A DNA stretch of 64,000 nt from an uncultured Acidobacteriota bacterium (GCA_963804995.1 CAWDSK010000003.1:1152001-1216000); one strand, 5' to 3'; shown: positions 21,944 to 32,843, counted from the stretch's first letter. Numbers and translations: made by a program. Notes: generated by a model not told the origin, from the sequence alone.

Positions 21944-22717
21944 ATGGAGATAACGCGACGCAGTCTATTGGTCTCTGCCAGCGGTGTGGCATCCGGTCTC
22001 GCGGTGGGAGCGTTGGGGAGGGAGGAACCAGGCGCGAAGGCGTCGTCCCCGCAAAATCCTGTCCCCCGCAAGATGAAAGTCGTGGTTTGCGGAGGCCATC
22101 CCGGCGATCCCGAATATGGTTGTGGCGGGACGGTGGGGCGCCTGACCGCCCTTGGGCATGAAGTGGTTCTGCTTTATCTGAACGATGGCGCCTGGCCACC
22201 GACCCCGGCCACCACGCGCCAGGCAGAGGCGATAAAGGCCTGTGAGATTTTGAAGGCGCGGCCTGCCTATGCCGGACAAGTGAATGGACATGCCGTGGTC
22301 GATCCGGCTCATTACGAGGACTACCAAAAACTAATCGCCGCTGAAAGTCCCGACGCCGTAATAACGCAGTGGCCCATCGATAATCATCCTGACCATCGCG
22401 CCATTTCCATGCTAACTTACAATGCCTGGCATAATCTGGGAAAGAAATTCGCGTTGTATTACTACGAAGTTTCGAACGGGGAAGATACCCTGCAATTCTC
22501 GCCCAATCGCTACATCGACATCACAGAAACCGAAGCTCAAAAGCGGGCGGCCTGCTACGCGCACGCCAGCCAGACTCCGGATAGGTATTACGCGCTGCAA
22601 GATGAAGTTGCCCGATTTCGCGGCATCGAACGTGGATACAAACGAGCAGAAGCATTTCTGCTACAGATACAGAGTCCGTACGACATATTCTCGGGTGATC
22701 GTATTGCTACGTCATAA
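21944..22717 (+). CDS. PIG-L/LmbE family deacetylase, Tat-exported
   Basis: ITRRSLL; HPGDPEYGCGG, DNHPDH, HASQ. Confidence 0.85.
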   Translation: MEITRRSLLVSASGVASGLAVGALGREEPGAKASSPQNPVPRKMKVVVCGGHPGDPEYGCGGTVGRLTALGHEVVLLYLNDGAWPPTPATTRQAEAIKACEILKARPAYAGQVNGHAVVDPAHYEDYQKLIAAESPDAVITQWPIDNHPDHRAISMLTYNAWHNLGKKFALYYYEVSNGEDTLQFSPNRYIDITETEAQKRAACYAHASQTPDRYYALQDEVARFRGIERGYKRAEAFLLQIQSPYDIFSGDRIATS

Positions 22718-23512
22718 GGCGAGGGCCTTGTAACGGTGGGGCTAATGGTTTTTGAATTTATAAGTTGCAAATTGTGGCGCCCCGCGGGTGTAAGTAACCC
22801 CTCATCCGGCCTCCTACGTCGGCCACCTTCTTCCGCCACGGCGGATCTACGACCCCTGGGGAGAAGGCTATGATCCGGTTCCGGCCAGGGGAAGGTTATA
22901 TCGGAGCACCCACCGGCCCCATGGCACAACCCTTCTCTGCGTGTGCCGATCCAATACCCCACCTATAGCGTTGGTGGCACGGGCAAAGCCAATATCCATT
23001 CAATCCGCCGAGGGAGGTGGAGGTTATCAGTCAATTCGTGGCGCGCGAAAGCAAACCCACCGGACTCCTGGCCAGATTTCCCTGGCATCGGCTCGCGACA
23101 TGTTGAGAAGGTAACCCTGATGCCATTGTGCGCCCGGAATTTCCCTCCGAGCGTTTTGCGGCAATCTTCACGCCCCGTCAAATCAACGGGGTGCTCTTCG
23201 TGTTCCGGGCAGGCTCCCCCAGCCCCATCTATGAAACGCGTCCGGTCTTTGGGCAGCTGCTTTTGCAGCAAATGCATCACTATCGCGTTTTGGCGAAGGG
23301 TAGACAGGACGATGAATAGAAACATGGCCAGGAGTTATAGCAGAACAGTGGCAGGAGGGCGGCAGCCATGTTCTTGATTTTGCAGTCGGCCAGAGTTTTG
23401 ACGAACCACACCCGCGCCTGAACGATTTTCTGCTTTCCTCACGCCTTGGGCGGCGGTAATATCCGGCACGTAGCGAGGAACGCCCTCATCATCCCCCCTC
23501 GGAGTGTGAGTC

Positions 23513-24964
23513 ATGACTGCCCCGATTTCTTTAAGAATCCTCAGTGACAATGCCATGCGCGAAATCCATGCGGCCAGTCTCGATATCCTGGATCGCACGG
23601 GGGTGCTGGTGGAAGACGAGCCCGCGCGCGCCATGCTGGCCCGCCAGGGTTGCTACGTGGAGGGAGAGCGCGTGCGGATTCCCTCCACGGTCGTGGAAGA
23701 AGCCCTGCGTCTAGCGCCCAAACGGGTCACCGTGTGGGACCGCGATGGCCGCAGCATCGCCATGCATCTCGAGGCTCGCCACAACTATTTCGGGGGCGGC
23801 TCCGACTGTCCCTTCGTCATCGATCCTGAGACGGGGGAGCGGCGCCGGGCGCGGCTCGAGGATGTGGCTCGGCTGGCGCGCCTGAATGACGGCCTCACAC
23901 ACATCAACTTCATCATGTCGATGGCCTTGCCGCAGGATGTCCCAGCGGAAATCTCCGATGTGCTGGCCTTCCTCGCCATGACCGAGAACAGCACCAAGCC
24001 CATCTGTTTTACGGTTTTCACTCCGGAACGCTTGGAGACGATCTATCAGGTCATGAAGGCAATCCGGAGTGAAGCAGACTTGCGGCGGCGGCCCTTCGCC
24101 ATCCATTATGCGGAGCCTGTCTCGCCGCTGCGCCACCCGAGCTCATCCGTCAGCAAAGTTCGTTTCTGCGCCGAACGGGGCATTCCGACCGTTTACGCGC
24201 CGTGTGTCATGGCGGGCGGCACGGCCCCCGTAACGCTTGCCGGGGTTTTAGCGATGGCGAATGCGGAATGCCTGAGCGGGTTGGTGTTGAGCCAGGGCTT
24301 TGCGGCTGGCGCTCCCTGCGTCTTTGGGGCCTTGGCCACGGTGCTCGACATGAAGACCACGGTGTTCTCCTACGGCGCGCCGGAGTTCCAATTGATGACC
24401 GCCGCCCTGAGTGACCTGATACACCACTATGGCTTGCCTTGCTGGAGCCAGGCTGGCATGAGCGAATCCAAGGAAGTTGACGCGCAAACGGGGACGGAGT
24501 ACGCGCTCGGGATACTGAGCGCGGCCCTGGCCGGGGCCAACCTGATCCACGATGTGGGTTACCTGGACCAGGGCTTGACCTCCTCACTCGAATCATGTGT
24601 GCTGGCAGATGAGGCGATTTCGATGGTGCGCCGGTTTATGCGCGGGATCGAAGTCACCCCTGAGACGCTGGCCGTGGACGTCATCGACCGCGTGGGACCC
24701 AACGGGAATTTCCTGGGCGAAGAGCACACGCTGAAATACATGCGTAGCGAGATCTGGTATCCCACCGTCTTTGAACGCCGCCGTTTCGAGGATTGGGCGA
24801 AGGACGGAGCCCAACCGCTTAAGGTCAGGCTGCGTGAGCGCGCCGTGGAGATTCTGAAAACGCACCGGCCGGTTCCGCTTCCAGGGGAGACGTTGAAGGT
24901 ACTCAGGGGAATCGCCGACGAACTCCGGGCAGGGTCTAACCAGGAGGTCTCACCGGCTTTTTAG
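23513..24964 (+). CDS. mttB: MttB-superfamily (trimethylamine methyltransferase-like) corrinoid methyltransferase, non-pyrrolysine
   Basis: IHAASLDILDRTG, SPL, GTAPVTLAG, YGAPE, GANLIHDVGYL, GNFLGEEHT; no in-frame TAG. Confidence 0.88.
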   Translation: MTAPISLRILSDNAMREIHAASLDILDRTGVLVEDEPARAMLARQGCYVEGERVRIPSTVVEEALRLAPKRVTVWDRDGRSIAMHLEARHNYFGGGSDCPFVIDPETGERRRARLEDVARLARLNDGLTHINFIMSMALPQDVPAEISDVLAFLAMTENSTKPICFTVFTPERLETIYQVMKAIRSEADLRRRPFAIHYAEPVSPLRHPSSSVSKVRFCAERGIPTVYAPCVMAGGTAPVTLAGVLAMANAECLSGLVLSQGFAAGAPCVFGALATVLDMKTTVFSYGAPEFQLMTAALSDLIHHYGLPCWSQAGMSESKEVDAQTGTEYALGILSAALAGANLIHDVGYLDQGLTSSLESCVLADEAISMVRRFMRGIEVTPETLAVDVIDRVGPNGNFLGEEHTLKYMRSEIWYPTVFERRRFEDWAKDGAQPLKVRLRERAVEILKTHRPVPLPGETLKVLRGIADELRAGSNQEVSPAF

Positions 24965-25106
24965 ATCTGCTGTGTGTCCTCAAAAATCGAGCTGACTGTA
25001 GCAAAACTGTAGTAGAACGATGCAGGCTTCGGTGGTTCTCTCGCGGCCGGGAAGATTCCCGCAAATGAAAAACGGAGATCCCAGTTAATGGGAACCAGAT
25101 GCATGA

Positions 25107-26570
25107 CTACTTCAGGTCGGACCACAGGCCGTTGATCAGTTCCACGGTGCGATCCACCAGCATCTGGCCGCCTTCCGGACCCACCACATTGCTTTGCACG
25201 ATGGCACTGTAACTGCCACCCCGGACGGCCTTCTCGGTCGGCAGGTAGGAGCCCGATCCGACCAGTTGGATGACAAACGTCTGCAGGGCCTTGCTGCGCG
25301 CCTGGATGCGAATCCCGTAGTCGGTGAAAAGCTCGAAGGGGTTGGTCGACAGAGCCACGTCCCCGATGCGCAGCACGTGCAGCTCAATCTCGTATTTCGG
25401 TTGCGGGTTGGTTCTCTGTTTCTCAAACCGCTTTACGACCCCTTCATTCCACTTCATCCGCATGTAGACCTGGTCGGCCGCCTTCGGGTCTGCGGCAATC
25501 CGCGCCGCGGCTTTGTCATACTCCGCCTTCGCTTCTGCGTATTCCAGCTCGGTGACGAGGCGCATCGGCAACGCCAGCGTCTCAACCTTGTGGACCAACG
25601 GTGTGTCGGCGTGGCGATCGTTCTGCACGGTTTCGTAGGCTTCCTCCACGGCCAGCACGATACGCCGGGCTATTTCGTCCAGACGGCTCAAATTCCGGAG
25701 TTTGCGCATCCGCTCCTCGGCCGCCTTACGGTACATCAGGTGCGGCGATTGGTCGCCCGCTGCGCCGACCATGCCCAGCACACACAGATCCGCGCCAAAG
25801 CGTTGCCGTAGCGCCACGCGCACCGGATGCCAGAAGTCAGCATTCACAGTATTGTCATTCTCAACTTCTTGCGCCGGGCAAGGCACTTCGATGATCGTGG
25901 CGATGAGCTTCCCTTCCTGATTCCAGAAGAAAAGCACATTGACGTCGTGATCTTCGTAGCCCTCCAGACCCCGGAACTCCGGTACATCGGTGGCGCCGTA
26001 CATCTCGGACGAGCCATTGGCGTAAGCAGCGCGCCGGTTGTAGCCCACCACGGCATGACTGAGACCCCAGGTAACGCTCCCGGCCTGGCGGCCGTTCCAG
26101 GCTCGGGTGATCGCTTCGGACACGTGTTGGACAAAGAAAGCCCGGTAGGCATCAACCTGCGTGACGCCTCGGGGAATCAGATAATGGTCATCCACCACGG
26201 CCGCGGTGTGCGTGTGGATTGCGTTCAAGAAGATCTTATTCACCTCCAACTTGGGCAGACGTTTGTGCACCTCGTCGCGGACCTGGGCAAGGAAGTCGTC
26301 CGGGATCCCGACAAGATCGCAGGAGACCAATATCGCCATGTCGAGCGATCGGCCCCCTTCGCTTGATTCCAGGGCAACGACATTAGCCGTCAGAGGTGTC
26401 GCAGCCGTTGTGGCGATCCGTAGATTGAACTGCCCCCCCAGGGCCGCGGGCAGCGCCGGCGTGATGTCGGCGGTCGCCGTGCCAATGCGCAATTCGGCTG
26501 CGTGCAAGTTCGCCGCCCACAACAGTGTGATGAGAAATAGGCCGGCTGCAATTGGTTTGAGTTGCCGCAT
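25107..26570 (-). CDS. Secreted neutral-ceramidase-like hydrolase
   Basis: ADITP, SCDL, AIHTHTA, NRR, GAAGDQSP, PFELF, YLPT..GGSY. Confidence 0.7.
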   Translation of the reverse strand: MRQLKPIAAGLFLITLLWAANLHAAELRIGTATADITPALPAALGGQFNLRIATTAATPLTANVVALESSEGGRSLDMAILVSCDLVGIPDDFLAQVRDEVHKRLPKLEVNKIFLNAIHTHTAAVVDDHYLIPRGVTQVDAYRAFFVQHVSEAITRAWNGRQAGSVTWGLSHAVVGYNRRAAYANGSSEMYGATDVPEFRGLEGYEDHDVNVLFFWNQEGKLIATIIEVPCPAQEVENDNTVNADFWHPVRVALRQRFGADLCVLGMVGAAGDQSPHLMYRKAAEERMRKLRNLSRLDEIARRIVLAVEEAYETVQNDRHADTPLVHKVETLALPMRLVTELEYAEAKAEYDKAAARIAADPKAADQVYMRMKWNEGVVKRFEKQRTNPQPKYEIELHVLRIGDVALSTNPFELFTDYGIRIQARSKALQTFVIQLVGSGSYLPTEKAVRGGSYSAIVQSNVVGPEGGQMLVDRTVELINGLWSDLK

Positions 26571-26782
26571 CAGGTCCTCCTGTATGGATTCCGTAACAAT
26601 TCCGATCGAGACGCCCCCCACCGCCCAAACGGGGCAGGGTGTGGTATATTTCGGCCGTCAGAAATGCCAAAAGGTAATTCCGGCTTAATATAGTTTACCT
26701 CTATTGATTCCAAAGATTACGTGAATGCTTCGATGGCTCGTTTCTTTGACGATATTTCCAAAAACTGCCAAAGGGTAAAAAC

Positions 26783-28744
26783 ATGATGAGGTTCCAACCC
26801 GGACACGTGCTCGTTGCCACCTTAACAACCCTCTTGAGCATGGGATCGGTTCTTGCCCATGCACAAAGTATCTGTGTGGTTGATGTTTCCAAGCCGGGGG
26901 CAGTTGTTGCCGATATTTGCCGTGGGCAGCAACTGGAAGAATTCAACTACCAGTTCGAAGGAGGATTATACGCGCAGCTCATTAATAATCCTTCGTTTGA
27001 GGAGCTAAAAAACCCCATCGCCTCGTGGTATTTGGTGAAGGCAGGATCCTCCCAGGGTAATTTGTATTCACAAACTCCTTCCGACACCGGGATGCTGAAC
27101 AGCCGTCAACAGCATTGCCTCAAACTTGAGGTTACTTCCGTGGCTTCAGGAAATGTCGGTTTGGCAAATGGAGGTTACTGGGGAATCGGGCTGAGGAACA
27201 ATACAACTTACAAAGTCTCCTTCTGGGCTAAAAAAGGTCCACATTTTACTGGTATTTTAAAGGCGAAGCTGGAAAGCAATGATGGCGCTGTTTATGCGGA
27301 ATCAAAGGAATTTAAGCCCACGTCGAATTGGCAGCATTTCACCTGCGACCTCACCACCCGCGGTGTGTCAAGGGTTACCGGAGACAACCGCTTCGTTTTA
27401 TATGCCTCCACAACCGGGGATGTATATTTTGATGTCGTCACCGTCATGCCGCCTACCTGGAAGAATCGGGCCAACGGCCTGCGGCTCGATTTGGCTGAAA
27501 AGCTTGTCGCCCTGAAACTCAAATATATACAGTTTCCCGGAGGTTGCACGACGGAGTCCTGCAATATGGATGTTACTTGGAATTGGAAGAACTCCATCGG
27601 CCCTCTGGAACAAAGGCCCGGTTCCACAAGAAACAGATGGGATTATAAGAACGACCTGTGTTTTGGCTTGGATGACTATCTTCAATTGTGCGAAGACTTG
27701 GGCGCTGAACCGGTCTATGTCACGTCGGCAGGCATCAGTGAAAATCCGGGGGATAAAGAGTGGTTTGGTATTTGCCCGCTGGATAAGATGCAACCCATCA
27801 TAGACGATATTCTGGATTTACTGGAGTACTGCAAGGGGCCAGCCTCCACCACCTGGGGAGCCAGGCGCGCGGCCAACGGCCATCCGGCGCCCTATAATCT
27901 TAAATATATTGAAATAGGCAATGAAAATGGGGAGGAAACGCTGCGTGAGTATGGCCCACGCTATGTCATGATCCATGACGCTCTCCTGGCGCGTTATCCT
28001 GACTTAAAGATTATGTTCAACGCCCTTCGGCAGAAGGATGTGCTTCCGCCCACGATGCGCAATCCGGTTGATTTCGTCGATCAGCATTTTTATCAGAAAG
28101 ACCTTTCAGGCTTATACGACAAATTCAACAGCATCGATCCGGCCTGGAAGAAAGTGTGTGTGGCGGAGTATGCATCCTCCCTCCATGGGAACGGAGGGAA
28201 TGTCATCGGCAATTTTGGGGATGCGCTTGGAGACGCTGTATTCATGCTGGGTTGCGAGAAGAATTCCGAGAGAATGTGGTGGACGGGGTATGGCAATTAT
28301 GCCGGCCTCGTAGGCCACGGTAATTTTGGACCCTGTCTTGTCTGGAATGACGCTGTGTCTAACTTTGGATCCCCCTCATACTATATGCAAAAAACGTTAT
28401 TTTCCGACAATCAGGGGACCCGTGTTTTACCTTTCACGCAAAATTCGGCCCGTTGCTTCTGGTCTGCATCCAAAGACACTGCCTCCGGAAGAAACGATAT
28501 ACTGCTGAAGGTGGCCAACAAATCAGACGCGCCCGAAGAAGTAAATATAACTCTCAAGGGTGCTGGCAAGGTTAATTCTGCCGGCCGTTCCATTACCTTG
28601 ACAGGTGCGCCCGCGGACGAAAATTCAATCGCAAATCCAACCAAGGTCATTCCCTCCACAGGTTCATTTGCCGCCGGCAGCACTTTCAAGTACCGTTTCC
28701 CGGCCTATTCGGTAACTGTTCTGAGGATTGGATTTTCAAAATAG
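26783..28744 (+). CDS. Alpha-L-arabinofuranosidase, GH51, secreted
   Basis: EGGLYAQLINNPSFE, NGGYWGI, FPGGC, YIEIGNEN, VAEYA, FPAYSVTVL. Confidence 0.9.
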   Translation: MMRFQPGHVLVATLTTLLSMGSVLAHAQSICVVDVSKPGAVVADICRGQQLEEFNYQFEGGLYAQLINNPSFEELKNPIASWYLVKAGSSQGNLYSQTPSDTGMLNSRQQHCLKLEVTSVASGNVGLANGGYWGIGLRNNTTYKVSFWAKKGPHFTGILKAKLESNDGAVYAESKEFKPTSNWQHFTCDLTTRGVSRVTGDNRFVLYASTTGDVYFDVVTVMPPTWKNRANGLRLDLAEKLVALKLKYIQFPGGCTTESCNMDVTWNWKNSIGPLEQRPGSTRNRWDYKNDLCFGLDDYLQLCEDLGAEPVYVTSAGISENPGDKEWFGICPLDKMQPIIDDILDLLEYCKGPASTTWGARRAANGHPAPYNLKYIEIGNENGEETLREYGPRYVMIHDALLARYPDLKIMFNALRQKDVLPPTMRNPVDFVDQHFYQKDLSGLYDKFNSIDPAWKKVCVAEYASSLHGNGGNVIGNFGDALGDAVFMLGCEKNSERMWWTGYGNYAGLVGHGNFGPCLVWNDAVSNFGSPSYYMQKTLFSDNQGTRVLPFTQNSARCFWSASKDTASGRNDILLKVANKSDAPEEVNITLKGAGKVNSAGRSITLTGAPADENSIANPTKVIPSTGSFAAGSTFKYRFPAYSVTVLRIGFSK

Positions 28745-29092
28745 AGTTGAAAGTGCGGTATCCGTCCGGCGGACCCATGTCGACGGGGGGAGCTGGGCGT
28801 TATGACGTTGGTTGACCACTGTGACGAAGACGGCGACTGAATTCGTGCCGCTCGCTTTGAAGATTTTTCCCACTTGCGGCCTTTCACCGCAGGCGTCATG
28901 CACGCTGCGCAGCATTTTGCTCATGGCTGCCGCCGGGGCGGTGGCTCCGTCCACCAACCCGAAAATGATTCTGCCGCCCTGGGGATAGTCAATGGTTTTT
29001 ATTGGTGACTGGGCACGCGCAACGGGCGCACAGATCCCAAGCACGAATAGCCATAGAGCCAAGGATGCGGAAAACCGCTCATATTTGCACAT
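28736..29092 (-). pseudogene. Truncated third paralogue of the secreted unknown protein family
   Basis: Signal peptide plus QGGRIIFGLVDGATAPAAAM...GERPQVGKIF, homologous to the N-domain of the two full copies; similarity ends near 28805. Confidence 0.8.
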
Positions 29093-29322
29093 GATCTTCA
29101 CCGCTGCTGGTTCCCCGAACTTCTCGCGAGTTCAGCAGAATCTCCATCCTCGGGCCGAGGGTTACTTTTGAGGGCTTTCGATCTTCCCGGCCCGAGTTTG
29201 AAGCCTTCGGCCAGGGTCAGGAATCCACGCCCCTCCAGAAATTGGGGGTGTCCGGCGAGTGCCGGTCGGGCGCTCTTCCGCGCAAGAGCAGGCGTCGACC
29301 GCCGCTCCCGCGGGGCACGGCC

Positions 29323-30786
29323 TTATGGAACGTAGTCGGTGCCTCTCCAGTAATTCGGGACGGTCACGTACTCGAAGCGATTGGGATTGGCTTTCACCAG
29401 CGCGTCGGCCTGGTAATTCCAAACCGTGCCGTGGCCGATCGTGCCGTTGCCATACATGTTGTTATCCTGGACCACGGTCTGATCGAGGATATAGTTGCTG
29501 AAGCCCTGAGTGTTCCGGGAATTTTCTTCCTGGCCTTGGCGCCAATCCGCATGTTGCTGGTCGTGTTGGATGTCTTCGGCTCTCGCCCGCGCCGTGGCAT
29601 TTGCGCCGATCTGGCGGATGTTGCCGGCAATGCGTTGGTTGCCCGCCACCATGGCCTGCTCTTGGGCTTCCCACCTTTGTCTCATGGAAGCGAGGACGGG
29701 AGCCATCATCGCGTCTGTTCGTGCTTGCACCAGTTGCGTGTCCACTTTGTAGCTGGACATGATGGCGGCCGCGGTGGCGCGTTGCTGGTCCGTGGACCCC
29801 AGCGGGATACGATACTCCGAGATGGCGAAATGGTAGAGACCGTATTGATCGGGGGCCGTCGCGCAGAGCATCGCGTTTGTCTCTACCATGCCCTTTCCAT
29901 CGGGATTGACTTTTCCTTCGGCATTAACGCAGCGCTGACCCGGGGAGGCGGGCAACATCTCGGCATGATCGATTTGAATCGGGGCTGGACCTACTCCGTT
30001 CGAGGCTCGCATTCGTTGGAAAATTTCCGCATAGCCCTTCGCCAGATCAGCGTCATACGGGTAGATAATAATATGCTGGAACTGTACCCCCATTTGCATC
30101 CGTTGCCGGTAGCCTTGACCTCTAGGGTCTTGAGCCCCAAACCACATGTTGAGAGCAATCTGCTCACCCCGCGGGCCGTGGACGATTGAGCTTCCGCCTC
30201 CGATCTTGGGGTCCACGTTCCACCCGTCGGGAAGGTTGAGACTGGCTGTATTGTCCGGAAGCGTAACCTGATGCATGGGAGGAATCGCTACTCCGCCGCC
30301 CGCGCCTGGTTGCGCCGGGGCTTTTCCCGCCGGGGCTGGTGCAACTCCGCCCGGATGCCACACGCCGAACAACTGGCTCAGCAGGGGATTCATGGTCGAG
30401 CCAAAACGCGCCGCCGCATCGCTCACCAAGGCTGCTTCCACCGCCTTGGGACCGGTCTGAGAAGCGATCAGCATGCCCGCCACTGGGACGTTGCCCCCCG
30501 CATGGTTGGTTACCGTAAAAAACACCGCGTCCGAATTGCTGCCCCGCACCCGGAAGACTTTTCCCACTTGTGGCTTTTCGCCAACGCCGTTCTGCACGTT
30601 GTGCAGAATGCGGGCCATGGCCATGGCCGGGGTAGTGGCCCCCTCTACCAGTCCGTAGGTAATCATTCCGCCTTGCTTACCCTGAAGAGTCGTTAGCGCA
30701 GATTGGGCGCGTGCCACACTCGCACAGATCACCACCAAAAACAGTGAGAGAACCAAGGACCTGCAAGAACGCTTATGTTTACACAT
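29323..30786 (-). CDS. Secreted hypothetical protein, copy A
   Basis: 487 aa, SD AAAGGGG, signal peptide, Pro/Ala/Gly linker, paralogue of 33751-35202. Confidence 0.85.
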   Translation of the reverse strand: MCKHKRSCRSLVLSLFLVVICASVARAQSALTTLQGKQGGMITYGLVEGATTPAMAMARILHNVQNGVGEKPQVGKVFRVRGSNSDAVFFTVTNHAGGNVPVAGMLIASQTGPKAVEAALVSDAAARFGSTMNPLLSQLFGVWHPGGVAPAPAGKAPAQPGAGGGVAIPPMHQVTLPDNTASLNLPDGWNVDPKIGGGSSIVHGPRGEQIALNMWFGAQDPRGQGYRQRMQMGVQFQHIIIYPYDADLAKGYAEIFQRMRASNGVGPAPIQIDHAEMLPASPGQRCVNAEGKVNPDGKGMVETNAMLCATAPDQYGLYHFAISEYRIPLGSTDQQRATAAAIMSSYKVDTQLVQARTDAMMAPVLASMRQRWEAQEQAMVAGNQRIAGNIRQIGANATARARAEDIQHDQQHADWRQGQEENSRNTQGFSNYILDQTVVQDNNMYGNGTIGHGTVWNYQADALVKANPNRFEYVTVPNYWRGTDYVP

Positions 30787-31132
30787 GATCGTTACCCCTT
30801 TCTGGTTTTTTGGAGATACCACCACGGCACCCCTCTGTGCGGTCACGCATGAGGTGCCACCGAAATCGCTTCTCAGAATTCAACACCGAACAGGAATCCT
30901 CGTTGCAAGACAACTGAACCAGGATTCCCCTTTCGGACTCCTGGCCACCACAGATTGTACATCCAACCGTCTCTATTGCGGCCTCTCTTATGGGGTTCTG
31001 CGGCTCGCTCGCCCCCGAGCGCCGGAAATCCGGGGGCGATTGGATCGACTCAGCGTTTTACTTCCTCCCAAAATGTATGTGTAGTTACACTTTGACAAAG
31101 TGATGCTGAGCTACAGTAGAGGGGATCGGGCT

Positions 31133-31184
31133 GGCGCCCCGACTCGTCGGGGCGATTCATGTCGTCTAATCGCACCAGAATCGC
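31133..31184. repeat. 52-bp direct repeat (second copy 32889-32940)
   Basis: GGCGCCCCGACTCGTCGGGGCGATTCA...TCGCACCAGAATCGC with 3 mismatches. Confidence 0.85.
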
Positions 31185-31403
31185 AGGGCTGCGCTCGCCC
31201 TGATGCGCCAGCCTGCCGTCCCTGAAGGGCCTTGCACCTTTCGTAGCGGCGGGTTTACCCCGCCATTTTCGCGGCGGCGGCATTTATCCCGATCTCATCG
31301 GGACGCCGCAGTATGGCGAGGTAAACTCGCCGCTACGTCTTCGTCATCTGGCCCCGTATCCGGAGCGGCTTTTGCGTGGCCTTCCTCCGAATCTTTGGCT
31401 AAA

Positions 31404-32843
31404 ATGCCGCGCATGACTAAACCCAACCTTAGACGATCCGCGCTGCTCGTGGCGCTCACGTTGCTAGGATCCGTTGGGGCGATGGAGCAAGTGGCCGCAC
31501 CCGCGCCCCAAGGTCCCGGCGTAAGTTCATCTGCCTATCCGCTCAAGGTCAGCGCCAACCGACGCTATCTGGTCGACCAGAACAACGTCCCCTTCCTGAT
31601 TGCCGGCGACGTTCCCCAACCCCTGGTTACGATGGTCTCCCCGGCGGACGCCGCGAACTATTTCGACGATCGCCAGGCGCACGGATTCAATGCCATGTGG
31701 ATTGACGTGCTGGTGGCCGGCCCCTATTACCCTGACAGTCGGGAGGACGGCGGCACCTATGACGGTATTCTCCCCTTCTCCGGCTACCTTTCCGGCGGGA
31801 AAGATACCCCCCATTGTGATCTCACTCAGCCCAACGAAGCGTACTTTGCCCGCGTCGACCAAATGCTCACGCTCGCGGCGAATCATGGCATGGTGGTTTT
31901 CCTTGATCCCATCGAGACGGGCCAGTGGGTCCCGACGCTGCGCAACAATGGCCCCGCTGCCGCTCGCGTCTACGGCCAGTATCTGGGCAACCGCTACAAG
32001 CGTTTCGACAACATCATCTGGTTGAACGGCAATGATTTCAATACCTGGCAAAACCCTGTCGATGACGCTGCGCTGCGAGCCGTAGCGGAGGGTATCAAGT
32101 CCTCTGATCCCCGGCACCTTCAAACCATCGAGCTGAACGTCGAAACGAGTTCCTCTTACGATGATCCCACCTGGGTACCGATTGTTTCCGTCAACGGTAC
32201 CTACACCTACTCGCCGACCTATTTTCAGATGTGGCATAGCTACAATCAGACGCCTATCGCACCGACCTACTTGCTGGAGGCGCATTATGATTTGGCGGAT
32301 TTCGGCAAGCCGTGGGATTACGGGACGCCGTCAGTGCTGAGACGCCAAGAGTATTGGGCGATGCTGAGTGGGGGTAAGGGGCAGCTTTACGGTAACATCT
32401 ATACTTGCTACTTCCTGCCCGGCTGGAAGTTCCATATCGACACCATGGGAGTGACCCAGTTCATGATTTGGCACGCTTTTTTCTCTTCCCTGCCGTGGCA
32501 GGATCTCGTTCCGGATCAAGACCATACGGTCGTCACTGCCGGGCTTGGAACTCTGGGGGACCTCCACACGCGGGTCAGCAAAAGCGATTTTTGCACTGCC
32601 TCCAAAACGCCTGATGGCTCCTGGGTAGTCGCCTATATGCCCACCGCTCGGGAGATCACTGTCAACATGGCGAGTTTGAAAGCGCCGGCAAACGCCAAGT
32701 GGTTTGACCCCACGAACGGAACATACACCACCCTCCCCGGAGGGCCCTTCAAGAACACCGGAACGCGCCAATTCCTGCCGCCCGGGAACCGTCACGACGG
32801 CGACACCGACTGGGTCCTGCTGCTGGAGGCTTCTACCCCCTAG
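31404..32843 (+). CDS. DUF4038 (apiosidase/GH140-like) glycoside hydrolase with C-terminal putative collagen-binding domain
   Basis: RYLVDQNNVPFLIAGD, NEAYFARVD, IIWLNGND, WFDPTNG, DWVLLL. Confidence 0.82.
   Translation: MPRMTKPNLRRSALLVALTLLGSVGAMEQVAAPAPQGPGVSSSAYPLKVSANRRYLVDQNNVPFLIAGDVPQPLVTMVSPADAANYFDDRQAHGFNAMWIDVLVAGPYYPDSREDGGTYDGILPFSGYLSGGKDTPHCDLTQPNEAYFARVDQMLTLAANHGMVVFLDPIETGQWVPTLRNNGPAAARVYGQYLGNRYKRFDNIIWLNGNDFNTWQNPVDDAALRAVAEGIKSSDPRHLQTIELNVETSSSYDDPTWVPIVSVNGTYTYSPTYFQMWHSYNQTPIAPTYLLEAHYDLADFGKPWDYGTPSVLRRQEYWAMLSGGKGQLYGNIYTCYFLPGWKFHIDTMGVTQFMIWHAFFSSLPWQDLVPDQDHTVVTAGLGTLGDLHTRVSKSDFCTASKTPDGSWVVAYMPTAREITVNMASLKAPANAKWFDPTNGTYTTLPGGPFKNTGTRQFLPPGNRHDGDTDWVLLLEASTP

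Noticed and set aside
22870..23510. Small ORFs or a cobalamin riboswitch upstream of mttB
   Set aside because: No recognisable protein; only an isolated GCCACTG on the opposite strand without the rest of the B12 element
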